Source of the DNA: Octopus vulgaris
Taxonomy: Eukaryota
Assembly: GCA_951406725.2 (NCBI GenBank)
Contig: OX597823.1
Span: forward strand, 102,176,001-102,240,000
Length of the DNA stretch: 64,000 bases
Reading direction: 5' to 3'
Shown piece by piece: positions 13,832-27,509 of this stretch (within the stretch, counting starts at the first letter, position 1; each line of letters starts with the position of its first letter). The position numbers were made by a program, and so were the translations under genes. The notes under the pieces were generated by a model. That model searched no databases and had not been told where the DNA came from. It saw only the letters and a program-made list of their open reading frames with translations.

Positions 13832-14179
13832 GCACAGAAGGTACATAGACAGATGTATATGTACATGTAAATGTACGTATGTATGCGTGCATGCGTGCAT
13901 GTGTGCTTTTGTGTATGGAAATATATGTGCGCACCTTTTATTCATAAATCTCTGTTTATTTTATTCTAGTTTAATATTTTTGCTAAGATATTAGTTTATG
14001 CTAATGGTTGTATGGGTTTATGTATGTATGTATGTATGTATGTATGTATGTGTGTGTGTATGTATGTATGTGTGTGTGTATGTGTGTATTTTCTTGTCAC
14101 ATTTATCTGGCCTGTCAATTCGCATGCAAAAGACACTGGGCTAATTAATGTTATTTCAGTTTCATATTGTTATTGCTGT

Positions 14180-14620
14180 CGATAGTGATGATGACGACGA
14201 CAACGACGACAACGACGAAGAGGTAGTGAAGGAGGAGGTGAGAGAAAAGGTTGTGAAGGGGTAGGAGAAAGAGGTGTATTGTTGTTTTTGTTGTTGTTGT
14301 TTTGGTGGGGGGGTCGTGGTGGCGGTGGCGGCGGCGGTGGCGGCGGCGGTGGCGGCGGTGATGGCGGCGGCGGTGGTGATGGCGGTGGTGGTGGTGGTGG
14401 TGGTGGTGGTGGTGGTGGCGGTGGTGGTGGTGGCGGTGGCGGTGGCGGCGGCCGCCATAGTAACTGTTACTGTCGTGTGATGTAGTTGCCATTGTCAACA
14501 TCGCCGTCGCCGCCACCATCATCATCGTCGTCGTTGTTGCTGCTGCTTTTGTTGTTGTTGTTGTCGAAGACGTCATTGCCGTTGTTGTTGTTTTTATTGT
14601 GTTTGTTTTTTGTAGTCGTC
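14180..14620. repeat. Compound GC-rich trinucleotide repeat block ((GGC)n/(GGT)n, (GAC)n, (GTT)n)
   Basis: Directly visible; source of the poly-Gly, poly-His and poly-Thr pseudo-ORFs. Confidence 0.85.
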
Positions 14621-14846
14621 GCCACCGTCAGTACTCCGGGTGGAGTCAGGAGCCCTTTTAATGCATCTCATTTGTGAAGATAATGTGTCATATTTTGTTT
14701 TTAAAATCTCGAATGTTAAAACTTTAGACTGGAAGCAACATCATATTTCAAACTTATGCAAGAATTTACGTTGAACAACCCTTGCCTTTCTCTAACCCCA
14801 TTTTCACGACAACCACAACGGCTACAACCAACATTATATTATATAC

Positions 14847-15024
14847 GCGTAGGAGTGGCTACGTGGTAAGTAGCTTGCTTACCAACCACTTGCTTCCGGG
14901 TTCAGTCCCACTGCGTGACACTATGGGCAACAGACTTCTACTAAAGCGTCGGGCCGACCAAAGCCTTGTGAGTGGATTTGGTAGACAGAAACTGAAAGAA
15001 GCCTGTCGTATATATGTGTGTATA

Positions 15025-15089
<65 letters not shown>

Positions 15090-15105
15090 ATATATATAGG
15101 CACAC

Positions 15106-15156
<51 letters not shown>

Positions 15157-15449
15157 CGCATACATATATATATATATATGTATATACACATACATATATA
15201 TATATATGTATGTGTGTGTATATGTTTGTGTGTCTGTGTTTGTCACCCCTCCCCCAACATCGCTTGGCAACCGATGCTTGTGTGTTTACGACCCCGTAAC
15301 TTAGCGGTTCGGCAAAAGAGACGAATAGAATAAGTACTAGGCTTACAAAGAATAAGTCCTGGGGTCGATTTGCTCGACTAAAGGCAGTGCTCAAGCATGG
15401 CCACAGTCAAATGACTGAAACAAGTAAAATAGTAAAGAGTAAAAAGAGT
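14847..15449 (+). mobile_element. tRNA-derived SINE family B, full length, with expanded internal microsatellite
   Basis: Head ggagtggct.cgtggtaag (A box) and gggttcagtccc (B box); body gtgagtggatttggtagac; internal (TA)/(TG); tail (taaaagag)n; near-identical to 37732-38117 and 57076-57497. Confidence 0.85.
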
Positions 15450-15604
15450 ATATTCTCACAGGTAAATAAAATGCTGGAATTATTTACTTCGACGCGAAAT
15501 GTTATGAGTCTCATTTCAGAAGCGATGGTTAAGGGGTATTCTGAGTGTGTCTGTGGTGTGTGGTGCAGCACATCCACTGAAGGATGAGCAACTCATCATA
15601 AATA

Positions 15605-15811
15605 TTGATTTTAAATGTTGGTACAAGGCACAAGTAATTTCGGGGTAGGGAGAGTAAGTCGATTACTCAACTGGTACTTATTTTATCGACCCCGAATGGA
15701 TGAAAGGCAAAGTCGGCCTCGGTGTCATTTGAACTCAGAACGTAAAGATGGACGAAATGCCGCTGAGCATGTTGCCCGTCGCGTTAATGATTCTGCCAGA
15801 TCGCCGCCTTT
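15605..15811 (-). mobile_element. SINE family A
   Basis: ctggtacttattttatcgaccccgaatggatgaaaggcaaagtcg..tttgaactcagaacg..tctgccagatcgccgcc. Confidence 0.8.
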
Positions 15812-16723
15812 AAATACATCATAAATATTAAGATCACTGACTAAAATAATCCTGCATCATAAAGGGAAATCCATTTTTTTTGCTCCCTGTTATGAAATTA
15901 ACGTATTTTGATAATATAAAAGGGCATATTTGATGATTCACGCCAATTTCAGCAAAACATGAGTTTTTAGTGCATTATATCTTATAGGAGGCCCAACTTT
16001 GCATATAGGACCTGGAGCGATATTTTTGAGACATATTTTTTCGTTCCCACCGTTCTTTTTTTCTTTTTTGTAGAAACAAAAGTGCACCTTATATTCCCAT
16101 CAAATGCGATAATGCTGAATTTGTTGTTCTGTGTCAGCACTCAGTTCCTATATAACTTCCGGTCCAGCGGAGGATGGCTGGATAATGGAAGGGTTACAAA
16201 AATAAGAAGGACTGAGTGTTGAATGGGTTTCTACCAGCATACATCCTGTGGCCAGGTTTAAACGCTTAACCTACATATGTCATGACGTTCGACAGCTCTC
16301 AATTGCCTCCATACTTACAATGCCAAATTGAATGTGATACTCTTCTGCGATAACGTAAATAAACGTATGCTAATGCATACCGTTTTCCATCAATGGTTAA
16401 GTCAAACATTTCAGTGAACTCTGAGAGTTTGTGTGAGTATACAGGAGTGTGAGTATACGTAAGTCATTACCGCCTTGTGCTTCTTCATAATTTCATTTTC
16501 AAAGAAAGCACTTTCTCTTTACATTCCTACTACGTTCTGGCAGATTCGAACTTGAATATGCCAATCGTTGGTGTATTTCGTCATTGGAAACAACTTCTCT
16601 ATTGAGACGAATATGTTATTCATAACACATTTGTTTTCTATCCTTCTTTTTTGTCCTGGTGCAGCATATAAAATGTCAACAATTCCCGTTTCTTGTTTTC
16701 CTTTTATCTTTTACAACCTAAAT

Positions 16724-16930
16724 GTAGCGAACTGGCAGAACTGTTACCGCGCCGGTCAAAATGCTTAGTGGCGATTTCCTCCAGCTATTTACTTTCTGAA
16801 TTTAAAATTCGCCGAGGTCAAATTTGCTTTCGGGGCTGATAGGATAAGTACCTCTTGTGGACAGGGGTCGCTATAATCTACTTCCCTCCTCCTTCAAAAT
16901 TGCTGTCCTTGTTCTAAGATTAGAAAGAAT
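16724..16930 (+). mobile_element. SINE family A (diverged)
   Basis: gcgaactggcagaa..gccgaggtcaaatttgctttcgggg..ataagtacc. Confidence 0.6.
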
Positions 16931-18711
16931 TATCTTTTATAATGCTTTTACATTTATAGTGCAAAACTTTTGCGCCACAAAATTTATTCCCACTTCACAT
17001 TTAAACGAACACACCTGTGGAACGAAATCAAAGGCTTGGAGTAACGAGAAAAGGAAATGAGACGATACAGGTAAAGAATGAAAGAACAAAAATCGGAAAT
17101 AAGAGAAAGTTTAAAACGAAATCAACGGATAAGGAGAGAAGACAACTGAGGAGAAACGTGTAAGATACCAACGATATCAAAGAAGAAAAAGTCAACTGAT
17201 ACGAAGAGAGAACACGGTCGGTGAACAACGAGGTGATTGTGATAAAAAAAATTGAGAGACAGGGAGAAGAGCGACGAAGTAAGATGAATGAAGAAGAGCG
17301 ACCAAAATTCTAGGAAGAACTACGAAAAAGGAATCATGTAAGAAAAGAAAACGGGAAGGAAAAACGTGTTTTCCTCAGTTTGAGAAATGTTCAAAGAAGA
17401 GGTGAACGTTAGAGATGGTTTCGTGTTCCTAAAATACAACACCAAAATGAACAATCTTTCTGTTATTCATTAACCGTCATCTAACCATTATTAGGGTAAC
17501 CGTTATCTAGCAAATGGTCATAAAGACTTTTGGCACAATGAAACAATGTCATGAAGATTTTTTAGCTTTTATTTGTTTCAGTCTTTGGACTGAGATCATG
17601 CCAGAGAACTGCTTTGGAGAGTTGTCTTATTTTAAAGTAGGTAATTATTTATCGCTCTTTTTTGCCGAACCACTTTGTTACAAGGAAGTGATCAAACCAA
17701 CACCGGTTGTCATGCGGTGGTGCAGACAAACACAAAGACACAGAACACATATATACATGGTTACAAACCGAACTTCTAAACCACACAGCCAAATTTATGC
17801 TAAAAAATAAAGAAAGAAAATTACAATTTCTACGAATCCTGCAATGTAATACAATTTCACAGAAAATATTGTTTCAAACAGGAAAGCGTGCCGTAGCGGA
17901 ACATCGCTAGACAGGGTAATCCTAAATGGGGTTTAACTCTATATATTTGATTCAAAAACATCACTTTGCTCTATTTCAATACATTTTATCTTCAATTGTT
18001 TCCATATTTTCTTCATTATTTGCTATTTACTGTTAGTGCTGTCACGACTCCTGTCGTAATTTTTGTTGATGCCGTTACATTTGGAAACTTCCTTTTGAGG
18101 TCACATGTGCTTATCGCCAGGTTGATCAACTTTACAAAAATGGATGGTATGTGTACTTTTAATGTATATGTGTTTTTGTGCGTGCGTGTGTGTGTGTATG
18201 TGAGAGAGAGAGAGAGAGAGAGTACGTGTGTAGACATCGTCTGTGTTATGGCTACCTCAGGTTACATAAATTATAAAATATGGCCACTAATTTCGAAATG
18301 CGGTCTGTTATTTTGCCCCTATGCAGATTCATATGGATTTTAAGAATTTTAAATCTACACGTTTCTCTTAGTCTGATGACCGCTTCTCGACGTTTTAGCT
18401 AAGACGTCAGTTGTTAATAATATGAAAAACTATAATTACGAAACATAGATACATATCTACAATATAGATGCGTGTGTATGCCATTGTATATGAGTGTTTA
18501 GCCCATAAAGACTCGGAAACGGTGCATCCTTGAGAAAAACGAATTTGATTTTCAAAATCTGTATCCCAATGACAATATCGTCCGTAAATAATAATCGAAA
18601 TATATAAGTTGTTATGAGAAGCTACTCAACTTTTCGATCGACAACTCTTCTACTCCCTATCTGTCACCATGAATCAACCTCACCCTATTATTTACTACAC
18701 TCTTTATCACA

Positions 18712-18751
<40 letters not shown>

Positions 18752-19619
18752 ATATACTATCTCCCACGCTTTCATTTTGTGTAAAGCTTCGTCTTCTAAT
18801 GTTCACATTCAATTTATCAAAACTATTACGCACATATCCTGTTTTCTGATTGGGTAAAAACGATGAAACTTTAAACCTCTTTAAACATTTTTCTGAAATA
18901 AATTAATCACAAGCCACACAGATTATTTTTCTCTTAGTAACAGCCTCTACCTTTCTCTTAAATTTTATTCAGTTAACATAATTAGGCGCTATCACAGTTC
19001 GAAGCTATATATCCAGGAATATTATCGTTAGATTTCTTCCTCATGACAAAATTTGTTCTGTTGTTTGAACTAATGTACATATCATAGTCGTGCAATCGAA
19101 TATATGCCATTTCTCTATTATGAAAGTTTATAATTTTTATGAACATATTTGAGAAAAAAATAGTCTACAGCGATAAAGACCAGTTATTTATCATGCATTC
19201 ATTCGTTGAATAGTAACATTTACCACACAAATAAGACTTAAGAATTATCCAACTTGAAATAGCAGTGGTCCAAGGGACACAACTTCAAAATAGTGAGTAA
19301 CCAGTTTTTAAAAGAAAAAAGATTTCTAAGATGTAATTGTTCAATAAAACGTTTTATCTGAGATCGTGTATCTAAAAAACATAAATTACATCATGGGAGA
19401 GCCAGAAAAGTAATCCTTTGAACCTTAAAACTTCACAAAAACTGTATTTTCCATTTATTTCGTGGGAAGTTAAACTCTTTGACCCCACTGAGGTAACTAG
19501 TGATAAAATAAAATAAAGTCTGCTTGAAGGGAAACAACTCTGGTTATCTTAACTCTCAGATAGGCACACACGCACATTGGCCCACACACATGCGCACAAA
19601 CAAACAAAAGGGAACAAAA

Positions 19620-19772
19620 GACTATTGAAAAGGTTGCAAGACGCAACGAAAATTTTAGGAAAATAAAAATAAGAAATTTTAAGGCATAAAAAGAAAATAA
19701 CTCTCCCCAGACACAACAGAATATGCTTCAACACACGAACTCATATAAAGAATCTTGCAAACCAAATCCAAA
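19620..19772 (-). repeat. Interspersed repeat, sibling of 42270-42507
   Basis: aaggttgcaagacgca..ctctccccagacacaacagaatatgcttca..aatcttgcaaaccaaatcca is the reverse complement of parts of 42272-42445. Confidence 0.7.
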
Positions 19773-19880
19773 AACGAAATATATATAAGATTTGTGGGAA
19801 AACTGTGGTCCATGGATCATTCTGAATGGCTCGCCAAACGAAAAATTACCTTAAAACTGAAAGAATCTTAACGTATATGC

Positions 19881-19936
<56 letters not shown>

Positions 19937-20119
19937 GCGTTTGGTTGTCGACCACCACCGCTTGACAACCGGTATTGGTGTGTTTACGTTCCCAGTTTGG
20001 CAAAAGGTACATATAGAATAAATACTAGGATTAAAAACTAAGTACTGGGGTCGACTGATTCAACTCAAAAGTGCTTCAAAGACGGTGCCCCAGCATGGCC
20101 GCAGTCTAGTGACTGAATC

Positions 20120-20178
<59 letters not shown>

Positions 20179-20356
20179 TATACATACATACATACATACA
20201 TACATACATACAATTGACCTGGAAATTGCAACAAATCATATCGCATTTGGCCTTCTTGGAAACGGACACATTGGATAATGTGGTCCCGGTTCCTTTCTCA
20301 AAGAGAAAAGTGGGGATGGCTACGGTTGCAATGCTTTTAATATGAGACTACTGCGA

Positions 20357-20560
20357 AGGCAATGATCTGGCAGAATCGGTAGCACGTTGGGCAATTCATC
20401 CGTCTTTATGTTCTGAGTTCAAATTCCATCGAGGTCGACTTTACCTTTTTTTTTTTTTTGTGGTTAATGAAATAAGTACCAGTTGAGTACTGGTATCGAT
20501 GTAATCGACTATCCGCCTCCCTCCAAACGTCATGCTTTGTGCCTATAGCAGAAAGGACAT
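20357..20560 (+). mobile_element. SINE family A
   Basis: ctggcagaatcggtagcacg..gttctgagttcaaattcc..gaggtcgacttt..aataagtaccagttg. Confidence 0.75.
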
Positions 20561-20880
20561 TTGACCACTCACCATGAGACCTGACGTGCGGTTAAACCGC
20601 AGCACCAGCAGCAGCAGCCGTTCAAGAATTTGGACCTGGAGATCTCCATTTCCAGCGATTTCAAAGGCCACCTCCCAGTGGTGTCGGGTGTCAACGAAGA
20701 GCCCTCAACTACAAGGCGACCAAAGGGGTTTTTTTTCCAAGGTCTGGGGTCTCCCGCCCCTAAGCCCTAGACCATCACCTAATCACCCTTACCCGTCTTG
20801 TTGCTCAACAACAAAAACAACAACCTCATCATCATCACTACTGCTGAACGCCTTTGTCTTACATATCACTCACCATTAAA

Positions 20881-21051
20881 AGTACCGTCTTAAAGCATTG
20901 ACATATTGGGCGCAGTCGCCCCAGGTGGCTCACGGGTCTTGAGACCCAATTCTGATCTATGTATACTATGGCTTGAAATCAATAAATAACTAACAAAGGA
21001 CCAAATGCATTGTTTTGTCCGTGAAGTTACACTGCCGCTAAGACGGCCCTG
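20881..21051. mobile_element. Small MITE
   Basis: Imperfect TIRs agtaccgtctta / taagacggccctg about 170 bp apart. Confidence 0.4.
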
Positions 21052-21111
21052 CCCACTATGTCACCGCTGCCCCTCTTTGAACCAAATTTTTTGTAGTAAT
21101 TACTATGTGAT

Positions 21112-21333
21112 AAATAATCCTTTCTGCTTAAGACACAAGACCTGGAGTTCGTGAGGAGGGGAATAGTCGATTACATCGACGCCAGTGTTTCATTGGTACT
21201 TAATTTATTGATCCCGAAAGGATAAAAAGCGTAGTCGACCTCGGAGGAATTTGAACTCAGAACATAAAGGCGGACAAAATGCCGTTAAGCATATTGCCAG
21301 GCGTGCTAATGATTCTGCCAGCTCGCCACCTTA
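21112..21333 (-). mobile_element. SINE family A
   Basis: ggtacttaattta..gtcgacctcggaggaatttgaactcagaac..ttctgccagctcgccacc. Confidence 0.8.
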
Positions 21334-21505
21334 CTATAATGATAAATAATGTCTACTAAATTAGTCTGATAAGTAAAACTGAACTCTTTAGAAGAGTGTT
21401 ACTCAAATGGGTTCTGGCGAACTACAAGGTTATGTGAAAAAGTTAGGAGTTACGCGCAATAAAATGCTTTTCACATAGAATTAAATAAATATTCGTTTTA
21501 TTAAG

Positions 21506-21558
<53 letters not shown>

Positions 21559-21633
21559 ATGCATGTATGTATGTATGTATGTATGTATGTATGTATGTAT
21601 GTATGTATGTATGTATGTATGTATGTATGTATA

Positions 21634-23712
21634 AAAGCGGCGGACGCTCTATTCTGTGGTACACACCCCCATTCTCGCTTAACGTTAAGAACTTAACTAA
21701 ATCCTTCTTTAAAATACTAGACTCTAACTTCTCTCGGCAACATAAATATCATTCTATCTTTAACAGATCCACCCTGAAACTATCTTATTCTACCTCACCC
21801 AACTTCGAATCTATTGTAGCAGCCTCTAATAAGCAAACGCTTTCTCTTTACTATCAAAACTCACATAACTACAACTCTAGTCATACGAACACTCAACACA
21901 CACACACAGCTCCAGCACAGATACCCTTACATTATACCACAACCACAGCCCAACCTATCTACTAACACTGTCCAAAACACCACCACAATCTCTACCGCCC
22001 TTACAAATAGTACAAATAAAAACAATAGTAATAATAGCAATGATGGTAATGATAACGTTAATAATACTAATAATATAGAATCTTCTACACCCTTCTTTAA
22101 CCTCTCCTCTGACGATATTACCTCCTCTGTTCCTGAACACAGTCCCCAAAATTCACCATCTGCCCGTTACAAACCCATTGCAGAAGATATAATGTAATTT
22201 ACAAATGCAGTGTCCTTAATCTATTACACAGCTCTACGGCCATTTATATAGGATCAACCAAATATTTTAAGCAACGATATGTCGCTCACCTCTATTCTTT
22301 TAAATACGACAAACATAGTAAATCTACAACACTCGCCAACCACATACACCATCTCATAAATACAAATATACCCTATACTGGATTCAGGGTATCCCTACCG
22401 AGGTCAACGCTCAACCTGCAAACATTGCTTGAAGGAGGCACTTCACATATTAAAGCACAACTCTCTAGCACTGCTAAATAAACATAATGAGGCACTAAGC
22501 ACATGCAACCACCGCTTTTTTCACACATTCAAATTCTACTACAAATCCAAATGCCTAAACGACTATACAGTACATTTCCACAATACCCTTTAGGTAATCC
22601 CAATAATCTTATAAATCTACATTTTAACTCTTAATCCCTATTTAATTCCTCACTCATACTCGAATATCACAACCATCTAATTATATTCGTGTGTATATGC
22701 GTGCATGCATATGTGCGTATATATATATATGTGTGTGTGTACGCGTGTATGTATGTATGTGTGTTAGTGTATGTATGTATGTATGTATGTATGTATGTAT
22801 GTATGTATGTATGCAAGATATGTATACCTGCGTATACAGGGGTGATAATACATACAGATACACGTATATATGGATGTGCATGTGTACAGATACACATGAG
22901 TACATGTTGTATATGTAGATATGGATATGTATAAACATCTGTATAAATATATCTATATATACATGTCTAATATATACATATGTATACATTTTCACATACA
23001 TATTTCCTTCTACCACTAAGCACTGACCTGTCCAACCACTTAATCTATATTCCTAAATCCGTCATTCCATACTATTACCCCTCTCTCTCTCTCTCTCCCC
23101 CATCACTTAGCCTCTATCACTACTTAACTGACACTCCTATACTGTTTATACCTCACTCTCTCTCTCTATCACCACCACCACCTCATTCCTTCTATCTTTT
23201 TACACTCTAATACATTTCTCTCTCTATCACCCTCATCTCCCCATTCCTGCTTGCAAATTATCTTGACTGACCACTAACTGGTACACTTTCCCTTATTATC
23301 TCTCTCGTTTTTCTTTTTTCTTTCTTTTCTTTATTCCTCTCTTCCTGTTTTTTCCTTCTTTTTTTCTTCTCTTTTTTCTTCTCTTTTTTTTCTTTTTTCT
23401 TTATTCCTCTCTTCCTGTTTTCGATTTGACCTTACAAATACATTCCCTACTTTTAGGTCACTTTAAATAAAACCTTTGATTCAATAACACTGTGTATAAA
23501 CTCTATACTTGGAATGACCAATTCTAAATACTATTGGAATTTACTCATAAGGTATTAGAATCTTATATGTATACCATTCCGCATAAACAATGGATCTACA
23601 TATACAATATCCCTGCATATCTCACATCTATTTTCATTCCTCCACCTCACTCTGTATTTCGTATCTTATCTAAATTAACTATTGCTTAACCACCTGCTCA
23701 CACCGTCTCCGA

Positions 23713-23715
<3 letters not shown>
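21634..23715 (+). mobile_element. 5'-truncated Penelope-like element: linker, GIY-YIG endonuclease relic and 3' tail
   Basis: Translates RSILWYTPPFSLNVKNLTKSFFKILDSNF..HSIFNRSTLKLSYST, then CPL..C..NVIYKC..YIGSTKYFKQRY..H..STTLANHI and CKHCLKEALHI..LLNK..C.H (about 22160-22560); the tail ends at ccgatga abutting (TA)n. Confidence 0.75.
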
Positions 23716-23770
<55 letters not shown>

Positions 23771-23860
23771 TTATATATATATATATCACCTGTTTCAACA
23801 TAACTGTAATATATACAAAGTATGGCATTTTAATCCCGATCAACGCCGGGTATCTCTGTT

Positions 23861-24003
<143 letters not shown>

Positions 24004-24101
24004 TGATAAAACAGTAAGATAACAAAAGAAAGAAAGAGACCTCAATATTATGTAAATAGAGGAAATTTATCTATACAATATGTTACATTACTCGGTAGTC
24101 A

Positions 24102-24165
24102 AGATAAAACTCTTGAGTTTCAGATGCCGAAGTGGAAATCCACAACACCATCTCTTCGGTTATCT
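24102..24165 (-). ncRNA. Hammerhead ribozyme motif (C4 variant) in PLE 3' region
   Basis: agataa-CCGAAGA-gatg...catc-t-GAAA-ctcaagag-TT-ttatct. Confidence 0.55.
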
Positions 24166-24369
24166 GGCTATTTGAAAACGTTATGAAAAAATACCGTTAA
24201 ATAAAGGGAAATTACTCTGTTATAACTCTGCTTGCCTGCGTACTTATACATCGCTCGCATTTTTCGTCATAAAAATTATATAAAAATATATAAAAAAATA
24301 TATAAAAAATATATAAAAATATATAAAAATATATAAATTCTTCTTGGGACATAACATAGAAAGCATGTT

Positions 24370-25312
24370 CTATCTGTTTTCTTTAGGGAACCAAAAACGT
24401 AACAGAAATTTAGTCACATGTGGGCATGATCCGAAAAGCTCTGTCCTTGTATTTAGACATGTAGTAGGGTCTAAGCTGCTTTTCCAGATAAGCCATCTCT
24501 CCATGTCGCATAGACCGCACCTTCCGCTGCCGTTAGTATAGGGCTTACATCTGGCCAAAATCTTCCATTGTATGTTATAATCGACACCTTTATCTCTTAA
24601 AGACCAAATATGATTAGACAATTGTGTCGCTTTTCTTTTGTTCCAGTGCCTAAAGCTCAAAGTGTGGTTATTGAACCTGGCCTTGAAATTTCCCTCTGTA
24701 AGGCCCACGTATTTCTTCGTCGAAACGGTGTCTTTAGTGGTTATAGAGTTTACGGTAGCTTCATATATGATGGTCTTGGACATGCAAGCTCCATTTAGCG
24801 GGCACAATTCTTTATTCCTGCATGAACAGCTGTTTTCTTCTTGTGTTTTTTGTATGTTATGTTTGATTATGTTTTTAAAATTGGTAGTTGAACTAAAACT
24901 AATTTTTAAATTGTGTCTATTGAAGAGTTTCCTATAAGTATGGTTAACTGGAAAATGTCTATCTATCAGTGCTAGGAAATATTTACCTATATTGAAGGCC
25001 ACCTCGGGTGAGTAAGGGGGCGTAAACCAGATGACCTTCCTATTTCTATTATTCCTTTTCCTTACTGTTGGGCTAGTGATAGGTGTATATTTTATTTTAT
25101 CGCTAAAACCACTATCTTTTAAAGCCTTATTATAAACTGGGGCAACGCTATTGAAGATGTCCTCATCAGATGAGAGGCTAGAAATCCTCTTACTAATATT
25201 TTTAACTAAATTTTTGAATACTATAGGGGGATGGCATGAACCTACATTAATATAACTTTGTCTATCATTGGGCTTACTATAAGGCTTATAAATATTCTTA
25301 TTAAGATCCAAG
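24370..25312 (-). pseudogene. PLE RT C-terminus plus Cys-rich linker plus GIY-YIG endonuclease (open but 5'-truncated)
   Basis: LDLNKNIYKPYSKPN..YINVGSCHPP..RISSLSS; KVIWFTPPYS; CSCRNKELCPLNGAC; IIYEA..YVGLTEGNFKARFNNH; CGLCDMER..LNTRTE..CPH. The N-terminus of the listed 361-aa ORF is read-through from the inverted arm. Confidence 0.85.
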
Positions 25313-25899
25313 GAAACTCTATAACCACTAAAGACACCGTTTCGACGAAAAAATACGTGGGCCTTACAGAGGGTAATTTCAAGGCCAGGTTCAATAACCA
25401 CACTTTGAGCTTTAGGCACTGGAACAAAAGAAAAGCGACACAATTGTCTAATCATATTTGGTCTTTAAGAGATAAAGGTGTCGATTATAACATACAATGG
25501 AAGATTTTGGCCAGATGTAAGCCCTATACTAACGGCAGCGGAAGGTGCGGTCTATGCGACATGGAGAGATGGCTTATCTGGAAAAGCAGCTTAGACCCTA
25601 CTACATGTCTAAATACAAGGACAGAGCTTTTCGGATCATGCCCACATGTGACTAAATTTCTGTTACGTTTTTGGTTCCCTAAAGAAAACAGATAGAACAT
25701 GCTTTCTATGTTATGTCCCAAGAAGAATTTATATATTTTTATATATTTTTATATATTTTTTATATATTTTTTTATATATTTTTATATAATTTTTATGACG
25801 AAAAATGCGAGCGATGTATAAGTACGCAGGCAAGCAGAGTTATAACAGAGTAATTTCCCTTTATTTAACGGTATTTTTTCATAACGTTTTCAAATAGCC

Positions 25900-25962
25900 A
25901 GATAACTGAAGAGATGGTGCTGTGGATTTCCACTTCGGCATCTGAAACTCAGAGTTTTATCT
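25900..25962 (+). ncRNA. Hammerhead ribozyme motif in the inverted arm
   Basis: agataa-CTGAAGA-gatg...catc-t-GAAA-ctcagag-TT-ttatct; 6-bp stem I; extra U before GAAA. Confidence 0.6.
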
Positions 25963-26020
25963 TGACTACCGAGTAATGTAACATATTGTAACATAGCTCG
26001 TGACTATATATATATATATG

Positions 26021-26089
<69 letters not shown>

Positions 26090-26120
26090 GTATGTATACA
26101 CACACACACACACACACACT

Positions 26121-26157
<37 letters not shown>

Positions 26158-26272
26158 AACGTCTTTCTTTTGTTATCCACTTTTACACCTATTCTGAACA
26201 CTCAGTATAAGATCGCTAACATTATCTGGAGCACATTAGCGACATCAGTTTCAAATGGAAAGGAAATTACCG

Positions 26273-26368
26273 AACAATGTCGCCATGTCGACATTAAAAC
26301 GTCACAAAGTGTGTAGTTATAACAATGTCGCCATGTCGACATTAAAACGTCACAAAGTGTGTAGTTAT
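26273..26368. repeat. 48-bp perfect tandem duplication
   Basis: aacaatgtcgccatgtcgacattaaaacgtcacaaagtgtgtagttat present twice. Confidence 0.9.
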
Positions 26369-26457
26369 GTAGTTCACCTTTTTTCCATACGGCCTAACAT
26401 GCAATCAGAAACGGGTGAGTGTCAAATAGAGGAAGTTTAAAAGCACACACATACATT

Positions 26458-26489
<32 letters not shown>

Positions 26490-26607
26490 TGTATGTATGT
26501 ATGTATGTATGTATGTATGTATGTATGTATGTATGTATGTATGTATGTATATTTGTGGAGGACATACATCGACACAAATGTGCACGCACACACTCACGTA
26601 TATATAC

Positions 26608-26666
<59 letters not shown>

Positions 26667-26817
26667 ACAGGCTTCTTTCAGTTTCCACCCACCAAATTCA
26701 CGCACAAAGCTTTGATCAACCTGTAGCTATAGAAGAAGATACTCGCCCAAGGCGCCACGCTGTGGGAATGAAGTCAGAACCAAGTGGGTGCGTGATAACT
26801 GTCTTACTACAGTCATG

Positions 26818-26894
<77 letters not shown>

Positions 26895-27165
26895 TCATAT
26901 AAATGATAACGATAATCACTGTGGTTTGAACAATTAGCTTTACGTCCACCCAACTTCTATAGAGAAATTCTTTCCAAAGCCTTCGAACATTCTTTCCCTC
27001 TCCACTTGTTCCCTACCTATTATTCCTTTAACCCTTCTCTTCCTACTATCTATCTTTGACGTCAATTCTTCTAACGGTTTTTTTTAAAAAAACACTCATT
27101 ATCGCTTTGTTTACCATGTAGGCAGTCATCGAAATTTTTGTTTGTCTTGTTGTCGAGAGAGGCTC

Positions 27166-27258
27166 CCTTTCTTTCCTGATGAGAAGATTGCATAATGCAC
27201 CCTTTATTCCTTTGGAATGAAAACATGTTGTCTTCGAAACATATGTCGAGAGTAAAGG
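27166..27258 (+). ncRNA. Type I hammerhead ribozyme in the 5' pseudo-LTR
   Basis: ccttt-ctttc-CTGATGA-gaaga-(43 nt)-tcttc-GAAA-catatg-TC-gagag-t-aaagg; complete core, stems I and II pair, palindromic stem III; predicted cleavage after C27247. Confidence 0.85.
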
Positions 27259-27509
27259 AATTTTGTTAACATCTTCGTTCGACTCCATTCTTTCATTTAT
27301 TCATATACAACACACAAATTTCTGCACATGAACCCGGAGTTTCTACCCTTGACAGATCGCTTTAACCGTGTTTCTGACGGGAATTTGCTACCCAGGTTTC
27401 GGTTAAACGAATTTTCCATGCTGACGATAAACATAGGATAATTCATTCACCTATTTAAATATTCTCATACAGTTTCCCTGAGAACCTGTTAACATAACCG
27501 ATACCGCAA

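Noticed and set aside
14151-14576. Poly-His/Arg, poly-Gly and poly-Thr ORFs
   Set aside because: All frames are open because of (GGY)n repeats; no splice or domain evidence.
14847-14925. tRNA-like A/B boxes
   Set aside because: These are heads of multi-copy SINEs, not cloverleaf tRNA genes.
25258-25695. Apparent stand-alone 145-aa GIY-YIG gene
   Set aside because: Chimeric ORF created by the inversion junction; it lacks the GIY half of the motif.
26273-26368. Direct repeats that might suggest a CRISPR array
   Set aside because: Contiguous duplication with no spacers, eukaryotic context and no cas genes.
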